Made by a program: the position numbers and the translations under genes. The notes below the pieces were generated by a model, which saw only the letters and a program-made list of their open reading frames with translations, had not been told where the DNA came from and did no database searches. A DNA stretch of 64,000 nucleotides, taken from assembly GCF_964355755.1 (NCBI RefSeq), contig NC_092670.1, forward strand, positions 24,600,795 through 24,664,794. Reading direction: 5' to 3'. Shown piece after piece: positions 1 through 12,390 of this stretch; within the stretch, counting starts at the first letter, position 1; each line of letters starts with the position of its first letter. The DNA is from Antedon mediterranea. Its lineage: Eukaryota > Animalia > Echinodermata.

Positions 1-3000
1 TTGTGGCGTAATTGTTGGCGTTTCTTGTATTGTAGTTGTGAAATTCATTATTTTTGATGAAGAAATGTTTGAAAATATTTGGAAGTTGATTGTTTGAATA
101 TCTGTGCATGAATGTGGCGATTTGTAATTTGTTAATATCGAAGATGTTTAGGGTATTAAGTTTAAAGAAAAGGGACTTTGTGTGGGCTATATAGTGAGAA
201 TTGGTACAAATGCGAATAGCCCGTTTTTGGAGTTTAAAGAGTTTGTCTAATTTAGAAATATGTGTGGAAGCCCATGGACAGAGAGTTTTATTTTTAGTAT
301 CTGTAATTCCCCAAGCAATGTTACAATAGGATAGATAAGGTAAAATTAATGTGTTATATAAAGAAAAGAGGATATTAGAGGGTAGAATATATTTAAGTTT
401 TTTTAAGACACCGATGTTTTTTGAAATTTTATTAGCTATATTTGTTATATGGGTTTTCCAGTTTAAGTTATCATCTATAGTTACACCAAGGAACTGAGAA
501 TAAGTAACCCTTTTGATAGGAGTGTTTTCTATATGGATTGTGTTTTGATTGTCATTGTGTGTTCTATTTGGAGAAAAGTGTATATATTCAGTTTTGTTTA
601 TATTTAGTGAGAGTCTATTAAGTTTAAGCCAGTGAGATATATGTTTTATTTCCGTATTAAAAATTCTAGTTAAGGTGTTGTAGTCAGGATGGGAGGAAAA
701 AATGTTCGTGTCGTCGACAAACAGGACGTATTCAAAAGAGTTGGAAGCGTTGATGATGTCGTTGACATAGATGAGAAAAAGTAGAGGACCAAGAATTGAT
801 CCTTGGGGCACACCGCATGTTATGGGAAGAACTTCTGAGGAGTAGGAGCCGAAAGAGGTGATTTGTTGTCTGTTTTGAAGATAGTTAGAAAGTAGAGATA
901 GAGGAGTTCCACGGATTCCATAGTGACTAAGTTTAGTTAAAAGAATTGTGTGGTTAATAGTGTCAAATGCTTTAGACAAGTCCAAAAATAAGCCAATAGT
1001 ATGGTGGTTTTTAGATAAGGCGTTAGAGATTTTACTTTGAATGTCCAGGATTGCAAGATCAGTAGAATGTTTTGGTCTGAAGCCATATTGGTTATCATGA
1101 AAAGATGTATGTGAAGAAAGAAAGTTGTAAAGTCTATTGTATATAAGGCGTTCGAGTATTTTAGAAAAGCAAGGCAAAATTGAGATTGGACGGTAGTTTT
1201 CAAAGGAATGGGAATCATTTTTTTTATGAATAGGAATTACTTTGGCGATTTTTAAAGATGATGGAAATACACCATTAGTTAGTGATAGATTAAAAATGTG
1301 GGTAAGGGGTCTGGTAATAAAAGGTCCAATTTTTTTAATAATCGTGGGTTCAATATCATCAAGGCCAGCACTTTTACTGTTTTTTAGATTAGAAATTATT
1401 TCAAGAATCTCTTTACCAGATGTAGGTTGGAAGAAAATTGAATTTTGAGTGGGATTCCTTAGATAATCAGTAAAGTTGCCATGAGTAGCCGAAATTTTAG
1501 AAGAAAGTTTAGGTCCAATATCAGTAAAATAGCGATTGAATTTATTGGCAATTTGAGATGGGTCAGTAATTTTTGTACCATTATCTGTAAAATAACTAGG
1601 TAGCGTCTTTGTGGTGTTTTTACAGAGAATGTTATTAATTATATTCCAGGTTTTTTTAATGTTATTTTTATAGTCGTTAAACTTATTTGTATAGTGTTGC
1701 TTACATGATGTTCTTATTAGTCGTGTGAGTTTATTTCTGTAAGTAATGTAATTGGTTTTATTAATCATATTTGGTGTTTTTATATATTTTTTATATAATT
1801 TATTTCTAGTGTTTATAGATTTGATTATACCTTTTGTTATCCATGGTTTACAAAGTTTACGTTTGTTAATTTTAGTTCTTGTCTTTGGGAGGTGAGTATC
1901 GTATAGTGAAGAAAATCTGTCGAGAAAAATATTGTAGGATTCATTTGCAGAGTTATTTTGGTAGACATCGTCCCAGTTCGTGTTCATTAAGTTAATCCCT
2001 AGAGATGCTATATTTTCTTGGTTTATCTTTCTTGAGTAATGTTTTTTGTTACATTTTAAATTTTTTATTTGATTTGAATGGGAATTGTTTAGGATTTGGA
2101 ATACTGGAAAGTGATCAGTAATGTCGTTAAAAAGAATACCAGGAGTTATTTTTTGGTCAAGTACATTTGTAAAAATATTATCAATAAGTGTAGATGTTTT
2201 AGTGGTTATTCTAGTTGGTTTGTCAATTAGAGGATATAAAGATGCTGAGTACATGGTGTTTAAGAATTCATTCGTGTAGTTATGGGTTGAGTGTTTTATA
2301 AGGTCTAGGTTAAAGTCACCACAGACAAATAATTGTTTTTTTTCCTTTGTTATTGAATCAATGCAGTTAGAAATGTTGTTTATGAATGGTTGAAAAGAGC
2401 TATTAGGAGGCCTATAGATAATACCAACAATGCTATTTTTGGTAATAGATTCTATTTAAATAAATAACGAATCATAATTTTGGTTTGTTGGTAAATTTAT
2501 ATCACTTCTGATTTTGAAATTTAGTTCATCTGAAATGTAAAGGGCAACTCCCCTGCCTCTTTTACCTGCACGGTTAGATTGTATCATTGTGTATCCTTCG
2601 ATATGAGTGAGTGGAGACGGTACATTGTTGATGTTATCCAACCAGGTTTCACTAAAACCAATAATTTGGAATTTATGATTTAGAGTAAGAAGATAGTTTG
2701 TGATGGAATTAAAGTTTTTTATGAGGCTTCGGGAGTTCATATGAAGTATACTGAGATTGGAATTTGTGTTGATTATTTTGTTGTTAAATGAATCACTCAA
2801 ATAATATTCACATTTATCATTATGATTAGTTATTTCATTAATATAGTCGTAATCATTATTGTCGTTTAGATCAAAAGGATTAAATAGTAATGATTGCAGA
2901 TTAGAATAATTTATGGTATGATCATTGTTTAACTGTTTTATTTCATGTTTGAATTCATCATCATCAATTATGTGGTTGAAAGGAAGGGTTTCTTCAAGAC

Positions 3001-3148
3001 ATTTGCAGCAGTAAAATTTGAGCGAATTTGAGTAGGGAAAACCGGCGCAGGTTGCATGAGAAGGCTTATTGCAAATATCACAGTTAACATATGTGGCTAC
3101 CCTTATACATTTATCACAAGACACACAAGACATAGAACGAGTATACAT
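1..3148 (-). pseudogene. LINE ORF2 (PHD finger + AP endonuclease + reverse transcriptase), disrupted
   Basis: ORF 3148-2456 ends at a premature TAA inside the endonuclease. RT motifs continue downstream with further frameshifts (e.g. near the T-run at ~1220). The catalytic motif reads FVDD. Confidence 0.88.
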
Positions 3149-3659
3149 TTAAACAATTAATAATAACAATAATAATAATAATAATGAGGTTTATAAATAT
3201 TCGATTTATCAGATGAATTATAAGTAGGAATAATATTGCATAATCGCACAGAGCACTACAAAATTGCGTAATATGGAAGTTTTAAATTAAATTAAGGCAT
3301 TGAGGTTGGTTGTTTACTTATTTTTATACCAATATATATGTTTGATAATAGAGTTATTGGTAATTAAAGTAATATTAGTTATACAATGTTTATTCTCAAA
3401 GTTATTGATTAAAAGTATTGCTAATAGTATGAAAACAAAGGCAATAATAATGATAGGTATATAAATCAATATACTTCATAATAGTGATTTTAGGGATATC
3501 AGTTGTTACAATTATTGAATAGTAGTCGTAATAATATAATAACGGTATTATAATAAAGAAAAATAATAATAATTAATAATACCGTACCGTACCAATTATC
3601 AATTAACTATTACGATCAAGTGAATGGTATAGCAATACAAATGAGATGATAATAATACT

Positions 3660-3684
3660 AGTAATAATAATACCGTAATAACAC

Positions 3685-3732
<48 letters not shown>

Positions 3733-3762
3733 TAACACCAATAATAATAATAATAATAATAA
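3660..3762. repeat. (TAA)n microsatellite in the LINE inter-ORF spacer
   Basis: Long, slightly imperfect AAT run seen directly. Confidence 0.9.
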
Positions 3763-3913
3763 AAGATGATGATGACGATAAACGACAACAGCAGGAGTAA
3801 TGTAATATAAATAATTTTGGGATCAGACAGGAACAATCAAGGTTTACTGTAGCTGAATCCGCAAAGCGGAACATACAAGCAATATTAATTGATAGTTGAT
3901 GTTTTAATTACAT

Positions 3914-4870
3914 CTAGAGATTACGGAGGTCGGATGTAGACCTAATGACAATCTTCTTCTTGTTATGCATAAGGCAGTTGATCCGTCCATCGAGCGACCA
4001 CGCGGCTTCCACAGCGGCATGTGCGCCCGCTTCGCGCAGGAGGGTCATGCGAGAAGGTGTTAAGTTCTCGGTTATGGAGTAAGAAGAATTTTTAAGCAAT
4101 TTCTTGTTGCGAAATACTTCTGCTCGTGCGCGGTATGTGGAAAATTTTACGGATAATCGGACGAGGCCTCGGTTTAGAACTGCTGCGTGTTTTGTTGTTA
4201 TGGAGTACTCTCTTCCGTCCAAGTCGATGAGTTCGGTCAATCTCGATTAGTTCCATATCTTCGCAGATGCGTGATGTTATAATATCTAGAGTTAAGGTAT
4301 CTGTGTTTTCATTTGCCGTTTCGAGTACTCCGTGAATTAGTAGGCAGTTGCGCCTACTGTACTGTTCGAGGTCATCGATCTTGTCCACCATACCGCGATG
4401 TTCTTTTCTCAGACGGTCATTTTGCTCTTGTAGAGTAATAATGTCGCCCGCTATAGTCTCGTTTTGTCCATGGAGATGCTACTGTAAATATTTTGGCTAA
4501 CCTGGTCAATAATAGCGTCACTTATTGATCTTATTACAGTTTCATTTCCGCATATGGATGATATTATTTTATCCATAAGATCGGGTGACGAAAGAATATG
4601 TTTGCTTATCGTTGCTGCAACAATACTTACAAGTTCCTTATCGTCTGATAGGAGGAGCTTAACATCTTGCAAAGTAGACGAGTCCTTTGACAACAATGGG
4701 CTTTGTTGTTGTACCGGCAAGGCTTCGGTTTCTGGTATGTTGGGTGAATCAGCAGGCTGGGTAGCAGGCTGTTCTCCATCGTTGATCGGGCCTTCGGTAG
4801 GCACAGATAAATTATCGGTTGATTTCCCGGTTGTCCGTTTTGATCTTAAATTTGGCTTCGTAGACATCAT
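3914..4870 (-). pseudogene. LINE ORF1 (coiled coil + RRM/Transposase_22-like), split by frameshifts
   Basis: Three ORF pieces (4870-4451, 4391-4092, 4240-3914) carry IDDLEQYSRRNCLLIHGV, IDRTHRLG and SITENLT...AWSLDGRI, typical of CR1-group ORF1. Confidence 0.85.
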
Positions 4871-5239
4871 TTAAAAGCCTTTAGAAGTATTGGTGTTTGA
4901 TTGATTATGCCGTATAGTGTATAATTATGGAGCAATTTAGAGTTTTTGTGAGCGATCTGAAATGCGTTGTTATCAGTGGCTCGACATGTTAGGTCATGTT
5001 TGTCTTGAAATTAAATCAATAATTGTGTTCGTTTTTTTTTTCCGTGGAAGAAAACTGCAAAATGGCCTATTCAAAGAATGGTTTTATATAAATCTTTATT
5101 TGTCATGGTTTTTGGGGGACAAAACATCTAATTTGCGTGAATGACTAATATGTACTCATTATATAGCTGAAATATTTGACTGATTAGTAGGCGCATCATA
5201 GATGCGGCCGGTCGGAGTGAATTGCGGCCGGTAAATGAA

Positions 5240-5660
5240 CGGTTGCTAATTGGAAGTGATCTATAATATTGGAAGAAGACCAGTAGAATTACTTGTTTTT
5301 TTATCACATGATTAAAAACTATTTATGCTTCTTGTCTTTACTCATACAAAATAATATAACGGTCGCTTATGGGAAGTGTCTTAAAGTAAAGTGATCTATA
5401 ATAATATATAAGAGGACCAGTACAATTAGGCCTACTTGTTTTTTTATCACATGATTATAAATTATTTATTCTTCTTGTCTTTATTCATACAAAATAATAT
5501 AATGGTGGCTAATTGGAAGTGTTTAAACTAAAGTGATCTTTAACTGGAAGAGGACCAGTATAATTACTTATTTTTATCACATGATTATTATTATATTATT
5601 ATTTTATTCTTCTTGTCTTTATTCATACCAAATAAAATAATGGTCGCTAATTGAATGTGT
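5240..5660. repeat. Tandem repeat, ~3 copies of ~135-142 bp
   Basis: aagtgatct...gaccagta...tttttatcacatgatta recurs at ~5254, ~5389 and ~5531. Confidence 0.85.
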
Positions 5661-6497
5661 TTTAAAATAGACCTGAAATGGATTTTCGATTTTCAAGAAA
5701 TTCACACATGTTATTTAAATGTATCAAATTAACACAAACCCATACAAATAAAAACAAAATGTATAGTATTTTGAGTAAAAACGAAATTTTAAGATACCAT
5801 GGTAAATTAGCGAAAATTACTCACGCCATTGCAATATTCTATTTCAACGGCCGTCGGAAGCCCCTATATTCACGACGTCACATATACACACACACACGAT
5901 GATCGAGAGCGTGCATGCCGCCCGATAGTCAGTGAATGATCGACGGCCTGGAAAGATACCCGAAGCGTTGACACTAATACTAATTTATTCAATATCTAAT
6001 GTTGTTGAAATATAGGTCCCTAAAATGTACTTCGTTTGTTCTAAAACCCGAATTTAGAAGGCCTACCTCCCAAACCTTTACTAGGCCTAACTAGGCTAGG
6101 CCCCCAATCCAGCGCGCGGAGTCGATCCACTACCCACATCATGCGCGGCGAGGCTCCGTTTCATGTGCATCCAAGGACCAAAGCGATATCAACAACTTGC
6201 TGCGCTCATTGTCAAGCCAAAGTAAAATATGAATAAAATTCGTTTTCGAACTGCCTGATTCGTGACAAATAAATTATGGCGCTAATGCAGTTTCGTACCC
6301 ACCCCTTAAAATTACTCAAAATGATTTCAATACTTCATCTAGCCTACTCACGAGTTGTCTACAGCATTCAGCAAGCATAAAATGGTAAAATATCGATAAT
6401 TTCTTATTTATAACTATTTTTAATCAATTAATAATTGAGCACCCTTCAGAAATCCATCGCCAGCTTAGCTTCGCGAAAATCATCGCTAGGCCTACCG

Positions 6498-7587
6498 ATG
6501 AAAGTACGGAGGCCTCATAGGGCATCGATCTATAGAGGACGCTGTTATGATCATATTATGGCGATAATAAAATATTTTTTACATGTTCCTCGTGAAACGG
6601 ATTTTAAGTTTTTTTCATAAAGAAATATTTTGTGTTTAATTATGTTGTTAATGTTTATTTTGAATGTTGTGTGTTATTGTCTTGTCAAATTATATTTTTT
6701 TGTAAGGGTCCCTAATGATCAGCTTCGGCTGGATGGACCACCCTCATAAAATATTGTTGAAATAAATTAATGAATAGTTGCTTCATTATTTAATGTTTTA
6801 TTTGATTTTATTTTAATAAACACAACATGAAAGAAGATAAAAAAGAAGAAATGAAAGACATGAAATGATGTATTCAGTGTCAGCAGAAGTAAAATAAATT
6901 CTAGTAATTGATGGAAAACATTTATTATAATTATTGTATTACTGTACATTACATTTCAATAAATTATATCTTTCTGTTTTTGTTGCATTTCCTATTTCCA
7001 TGTATTTGAAGAGGTCTTTCATAGGTGAATAAAAAATGTTAATTAATAATAATATACTTCTATAAAATCTTAAAACAGGGAAACCATTAGCGTTTCTAGT
7101 ATAGCTAGTGATAACAAATACTAAAACAATTAATTCGTCATAGCTTGATTATTGTGTTATAACATTAACAATGTAACTCAGGAATGAAGTACTGTAATTC
7201 TTTTTAATCATTTCATTTATTTATTTGACCTACAAACCATAATGTAAAATAAACTTTTAAACAGAGGAAAATTGCCAGGTCAGTACTTATATCTTCAAGA
7301 GTCAGCAGTTCCATATTTATCTTCTTTTCTGTGTGAAATTTTACTAGTAAAATGAAAGAACAAATTAAAAACATAACATAATTATGATGATACCCACAAT
7401 GATGAATACAGCAATTGTATAGTATTTCTTTTTCTTTATTAAAAATACGAAACGCATGTCGGAAATAATGAAAATTATAATTATTTGGTGCGTGCTTTAA
7501 ACGTTAGTAACTACGCCCTCTATAGAACGCAACTGTTTACTCTATTAATAGAGTTAATGTCCTGTGAGGCCTCCGAACTTTTATCAT
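6498..7587. mobile_element. Small TIR element interrupting the left arm of the foldback
   Basis: gatgaaagtacggaggcctca at ~6498 versus tgaggcctccgaacttttatc at ~7566-7586. The segment is absent from the right arm. No clear TSD. Confidence 0.55.
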
Positions 7588-7959
7588 ATATCCAATACCA
7601 AATTGGCGAGTAAATCATGTTTTACTTTAAATTAAATTTATACGCTCTTCCACAAGGTCAATTGTTAGTTATACATACAGACTATATTAAAACAATGATT
7701 TTGAACACGTAGGGCATTTCTTTGAATTCTTTCCTATTGTCGTTTTGTGGTAATTTACAGCTTTTTATATGTTTAACAAACGTACATAATCAATTGCGTC
7801 TGCATCATGCTAGACTACAACTTCCGGTAGTGACGTAATCAGCATATTTTTGGTAATAAAACTTTTTCACTAATCTAGGGAATCTTCTGATATCAATATT
7901 CATTAGACCGTACTTTAGTTAGCCAATCAAAATAAACATATAAACAATTTTGCGGCGAT

Positions 7960-10140
7960 GTTGTTGAAGTAAAATATACTGTGTTTTACAATAACCAATT
8001 TGGTTAGAGTAAAACACAATGATAAAGAATAGGAAACATTTAATAATATGATAAATGTCATTACATAGCAATTTATCACTGTGTTTTACTATAACCAATT
8101 TGGTTAGAGTAAAACACAATGATATAGAATAGGCAACATTTAATAATATGATAAATGACATTTACATAGCAATTTAGCACTGTGTTTTACTATAAACAAT
8201 TTGGTTAAAGCAAAGCAGAATGATAAAGAATAGGAATTTAATAATATGATATATGACATTTACATAGCAATTTAGCACTGTGTTTTACTATAACCAATTT
8301 GGTTAGAGTAAAACACAATGATAAAGAATAGGAAACATTTAATAATATGATATATGACATTCACATAGCAATTTAGCACTGTGTTTTACTATAACCAATT
8401 TGGTTAGAGTAAAACACAATGATATAGAATAGGAAACATTTAATAATTTGATAAATGACATTTACATAGCAATTTAGCACTGTGTTTTACTATAACCAAT
8501 TTGGTTAAAGTAAAACACAATGATAAAGAATAGGAAACACTTAATAATATGATAAATGACATTTACATAGCAATTTAGCACTGTGTTTTACTATAACCAA
8601 TTTGGTTAGAGTAAAACACAATGATAAAGAATAGGAAACATTTAATAATAATGATTATTTACATAGCAATTTAGCACTGTGTTTTACTATAACCAATTTG
8701 GTTATAGTAAAACACAATGATATAGAATAGGAAACATTTAATAATATGATAAATGACATTTACATAGCAATTTATCACTGTGTTTTACTATAACCAATTT
8801 GGTTATGGTAAAGCACAATGATATAGAATAGGAAACATTTAATAATATGATAAATGACATTTACATAGCAATTTAGCACTGTGTTTTACTATAACCAATT
8901 TGGTTAAAGTAAAACATAATGATAAAGAATAGGAAACATTTAATAATTTGATAAATGACATTCACATAGCAATTTAGCACTGTGTTTTACTATAACCAAT
9001 TTGGTTATGGTAAAGCACAATGATATAGAATAGGAAACATTTAATAATATGATAAATGACATTTACATAGCAATTTATCACTGTGTTTTACTATATCCAA
9101 TTTGGTTATGGTAAAGCACAATGATATAGAATAGGAAACATTTAATAATAATGATTATTTACATAGCAATTTAGCACCATGTTTTACTATAACCAATTTG
9201 GTTATGGTAAAGCACAATGATATAGAATAGGAAACATTTAATAACATGATAAATGTCATTACATAGCAATTTAGCACTGTGTTTTACTATAACCAATTTG
9301 GTTAGAGTAAAACACAATGACAAAGAATAGGAAACATTTAATAATAATGATTATTTACATAGCTAGCAATTTAGCACAATGTTTTACTATAACCAATTTG
9401 GTTATGGTAAAGCACAATGATATAGAATAGGAAACATTTAATAATATGATAAATGTCATTACATAGCAATTTAGCACTGTGTTTTACTATAACCAATTTG
9501 GTTAGAGTAAAACACAATGATAAAGAATAGGAAACATTTAATAACATGATAAATGACATTCACATAGAAATTTAGCACTGTGTTTTACTATAACCAATTT
9601 GGTTAGAGTAAAACACAATGATAAAGAATAGGAAACATTTAATAATATGATAAATGACATTTACATAGCAATTTAGCACTGTGTTTTACTATAACCAATT
9701 TGATTAGAGTAAAGCACAATGATAAAGAATAGGAAACATTTAATAATATGATAAATGACATTTACATAGTAATTTATCACTGTGTTTTACTATAACCAAT
9801 TTGGTTAGAGTAAAACACAATGACAAAGAATACGAAACATTTAATAATAATGATTATTTACATAGCTAGCAATTTAGCACAATGTTTTACTATTTACATT
9901 TATACTTACATTTTAACTATGATAAATGATATTTAGCACTGTGCTGGATACAGTAAAACACAAATAAAGAATAGGAAACATATAATAATATGATACATTT
10001 ACATACAAATTTAGTATTGTGTTTTACTATAGCCAATTTGGTTACAGTAAAACACAATGATAATGAAACATTTATTATATGATATTATTTACATAGCAAA
10101 ATATTATATTAAACATATCTTATTATCTAAACGTTATGAA
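7960..10140 (+). repeat. 101-bp satellite array (~20 copies), each unit with a 39-bp near-perfect palindrome
   Basis: Unit starts at 8271 and 8372 (period 101). Core is tgtgttttactataaccaa-t-ttggttagagtaaaacaca. Confidence 0.95.
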
Positions 10141-10146
10141 AAGAAT

Positions 10147-11340
10147 AGGATACATATAATGTAATAATATAATAAATACAAGTTACATAGTTTATCATCT
10201 TGTTTTACAGAACCAATTTGGTGACACAGTTAACACAGTGATAAAGAATAGATACTGTTTTAGGTTATATAACCCTAACCCTAGTTTGAAGCGACATAAT
10301 AAATTCATCGCGAAAAAGTACGTATCGTATTTAGAAACTTTTGAAATTTGTTAGATATGTTTAATAGGTTCTTACGTCTATAAAACAAACAAAAAATATA
10401 AATTTCACAAAAAAATTCGTGATTTTAATAATTTGCATTTCTAAAAATGTACACTTATGAAATACCATACATTTTCCAACACATTTTTACTTCATTGATG
10501 ATTCCCAGAAATCAAAATAAAACAAATTATGATATTTCTTTTACATTATAGATGTAAGAACCTATATTGAACATGTACCAAATTTCAAACGTTTTTTAAG
10601 ACGATACATATTTTTATCGATGAATTAAGTATGTGATCGCTTCAAACTAGGGTTAGGGTTAAATAACCTAACAGTTCCATTCTTTAACACTGTGTTTAAC
10701 TTTTAACCAAATTGGTTTTAGTACAACACAATGATAAACTATGTACATTTTATTTTTCATATTACATTATAGGATACATATAATGTAATAATAATAAATA
10801 CAAGTTACATAGTTTATCATCTTGTTTTACAGAACCAATTTGGTTACACAGTTAAACACAGTGATAAAGAATAGACACTGTTTTAGGTTATATAACTCTA
10901 ACCCTAGTTTGAAGCGATCACATACTTAATTCATCGCGAAAAAATACGTATCGTATTCAGAAACATTTGAAATTTGGTAAATATGTTCAATAGGTTCTTA
11001 CGTCTATAAAACAAACAAAAAATAAAAGTTTCAAGCCAATTTCTTGATTTTAATAATTTGCATTTCTAAACATTTACACTTATGAAAGACAATACATTTC
11101 CAACACATTTTTACTTCATTGATGATTCTCAGAAATCAAAATAAAACTATTAGGATATTTCTTTTGCATTATAGATGTAAGAACCTATATTGAACATATC
11201 TACCAAATATCAAACGTTTTTCAAGACGATACGTATTTTTAGCGATGAATATTAAATATGTGATCGCTTCAAACTAGGGTTAGGGTTAAATAAACTAAAA
11301 CAGTTCTATTCTTTATCACTCACTGTGTTTAACTTTTAAC
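10147..11340. repeat. Two tandem copies (period ~624 bp) of a palindromic central unit of the foldback
   Basis: aggatacatataatgtaataat at 10147 and 10771. Each copy is bounded by (c)taaccctagtttgaagcga ... tcgcttcaaactagggttagggtt. Confidence 0.85.
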
Positions 11341-12390
11341 CAAATTGGTTATAGTAAAACACAGTGATAAATTGCTATGTAAATGTAATTTATCATGTTA
11401 TTAAATGTTTCCTATTCTTTATCGTTGAGTTTTACTCTAATCAAATTGGTTATAGTAAAACACAGTGCTAATTAAATTGCTATGTAAATGTTATATATCA
11501 TATTATTAAATGTTTCCTATTCTTTATCATTGTGCTTTACTCTAACCAAATTGGTTATAGTAAAACACAGTGCTAAATTGCTACGTAAATGTCATTTATC
11601 ATGTTATTAAATGTTTCTTATTCTTTATCATTGTGTTTTACTCTAACCAAATTGGTTATAGTAAAACACAGTGATAAATTGCTATGTAAATGTAATTTAT
11701 CATATTATTAAATGTTTCCTATTCTTTATCATTGTGTTTTACTCTAACCAAATTGGTTATAGTAAAACACAGTGATAAATTGCTATGTAAATGTAATTTA
11801 TCATGTTATTAAATGTTTCCTATTCTTTATCGTTGTGTTTTACTCTAATCAAATTGGTTATAGTAAAACACAGTGCTAAATTGCTATGTAAATGTTATAT
11901 ATCATATTATTAAATGTTTCCTATTCTTTATCATTGTGTTTTACTCTAATCTGATTGGTTATAGTAAAACACAGTGCTAAATTGCTATGTGAATGTCATT
12001 TATCATGTTATTAAATGTTTCCCATTCTTTATCATTGTGCTTTACTCTTACCAAATTGGTTATAGTAAAACACAGTGCTAAATTGCTAAATGTCATTTAT
12101 CATGTTATTAAATGTTTCTTATTCTTTATCATTGTGTTTTACTCTAACCAAATTGGTTATAGTAAAACACAGTGCTAAATTGCTATGTAAATGTAATTTA
12201 TCATATTATTAAATGTTTCCTATTCTTTATCATTGTGTTTTACTCTAACCAAATTGGTTATAATTTATTTAATTTCATTGCAAAAGACATTTACCTAAAT
12301 TGCTATTTAAATGTCATTTATCAAATTATTAAATGTTTCCTATTATTTATCTGGTTATATAGTAAAACACTGTGCTAAATTGCTATTGTA
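11340..12390 (-). repeat. Same 101-bp satellite in inverted orientation (~10 copies)
   Basis: Units read aattggttatagtaaaacacagtgctaaattgctatgtaaatg, the reverse complement of the 7960-10140 units. Confidence 0.95.

Larger units (their letters stand above)
1..4985 (-). mobile_element. Decayed near-full-length non-LTR retrotransposon of the CR1 group (CR1/L2/Crack/Daphne-like); 3' end runs off the window
   Basis: Minus strand shows ORF1 remnants (4870-3914), an AT-rich spacer, then ORF2 with a Cys/His PHD-like finger, APE endonuclease (MNSRSL, FSETWL) and RT motifs (CGVPQGSILGPLLFLIYVNDI ~815-760; FVDDT ~722-708). The 5' boundary is approximate. Confidence 0.92.

Noticed and set aside
3599-3874. 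Poly-Ile membrane-like ORF
   Set aside because: Translation of the (TAA)n microsatellite.
10270-11290. Interstitial telomere
   Set aside because: Only two TTAGGG units per site, embedded in inverted repeat arms.
7919-12378. Repeated short ORFs (MSFIMLLNVS...)
   Set aside because: By-products of the 101-bp satellite on both strands; the period is not a multiple of 3.
7960-12390. CRISPR-like array (palindromic repeat at a regular period)
   Set aside because: The sequence between palindromes is also repeated (no unique spacers), there are no cas genes, and the context is eukaryotic. It is a satellite.
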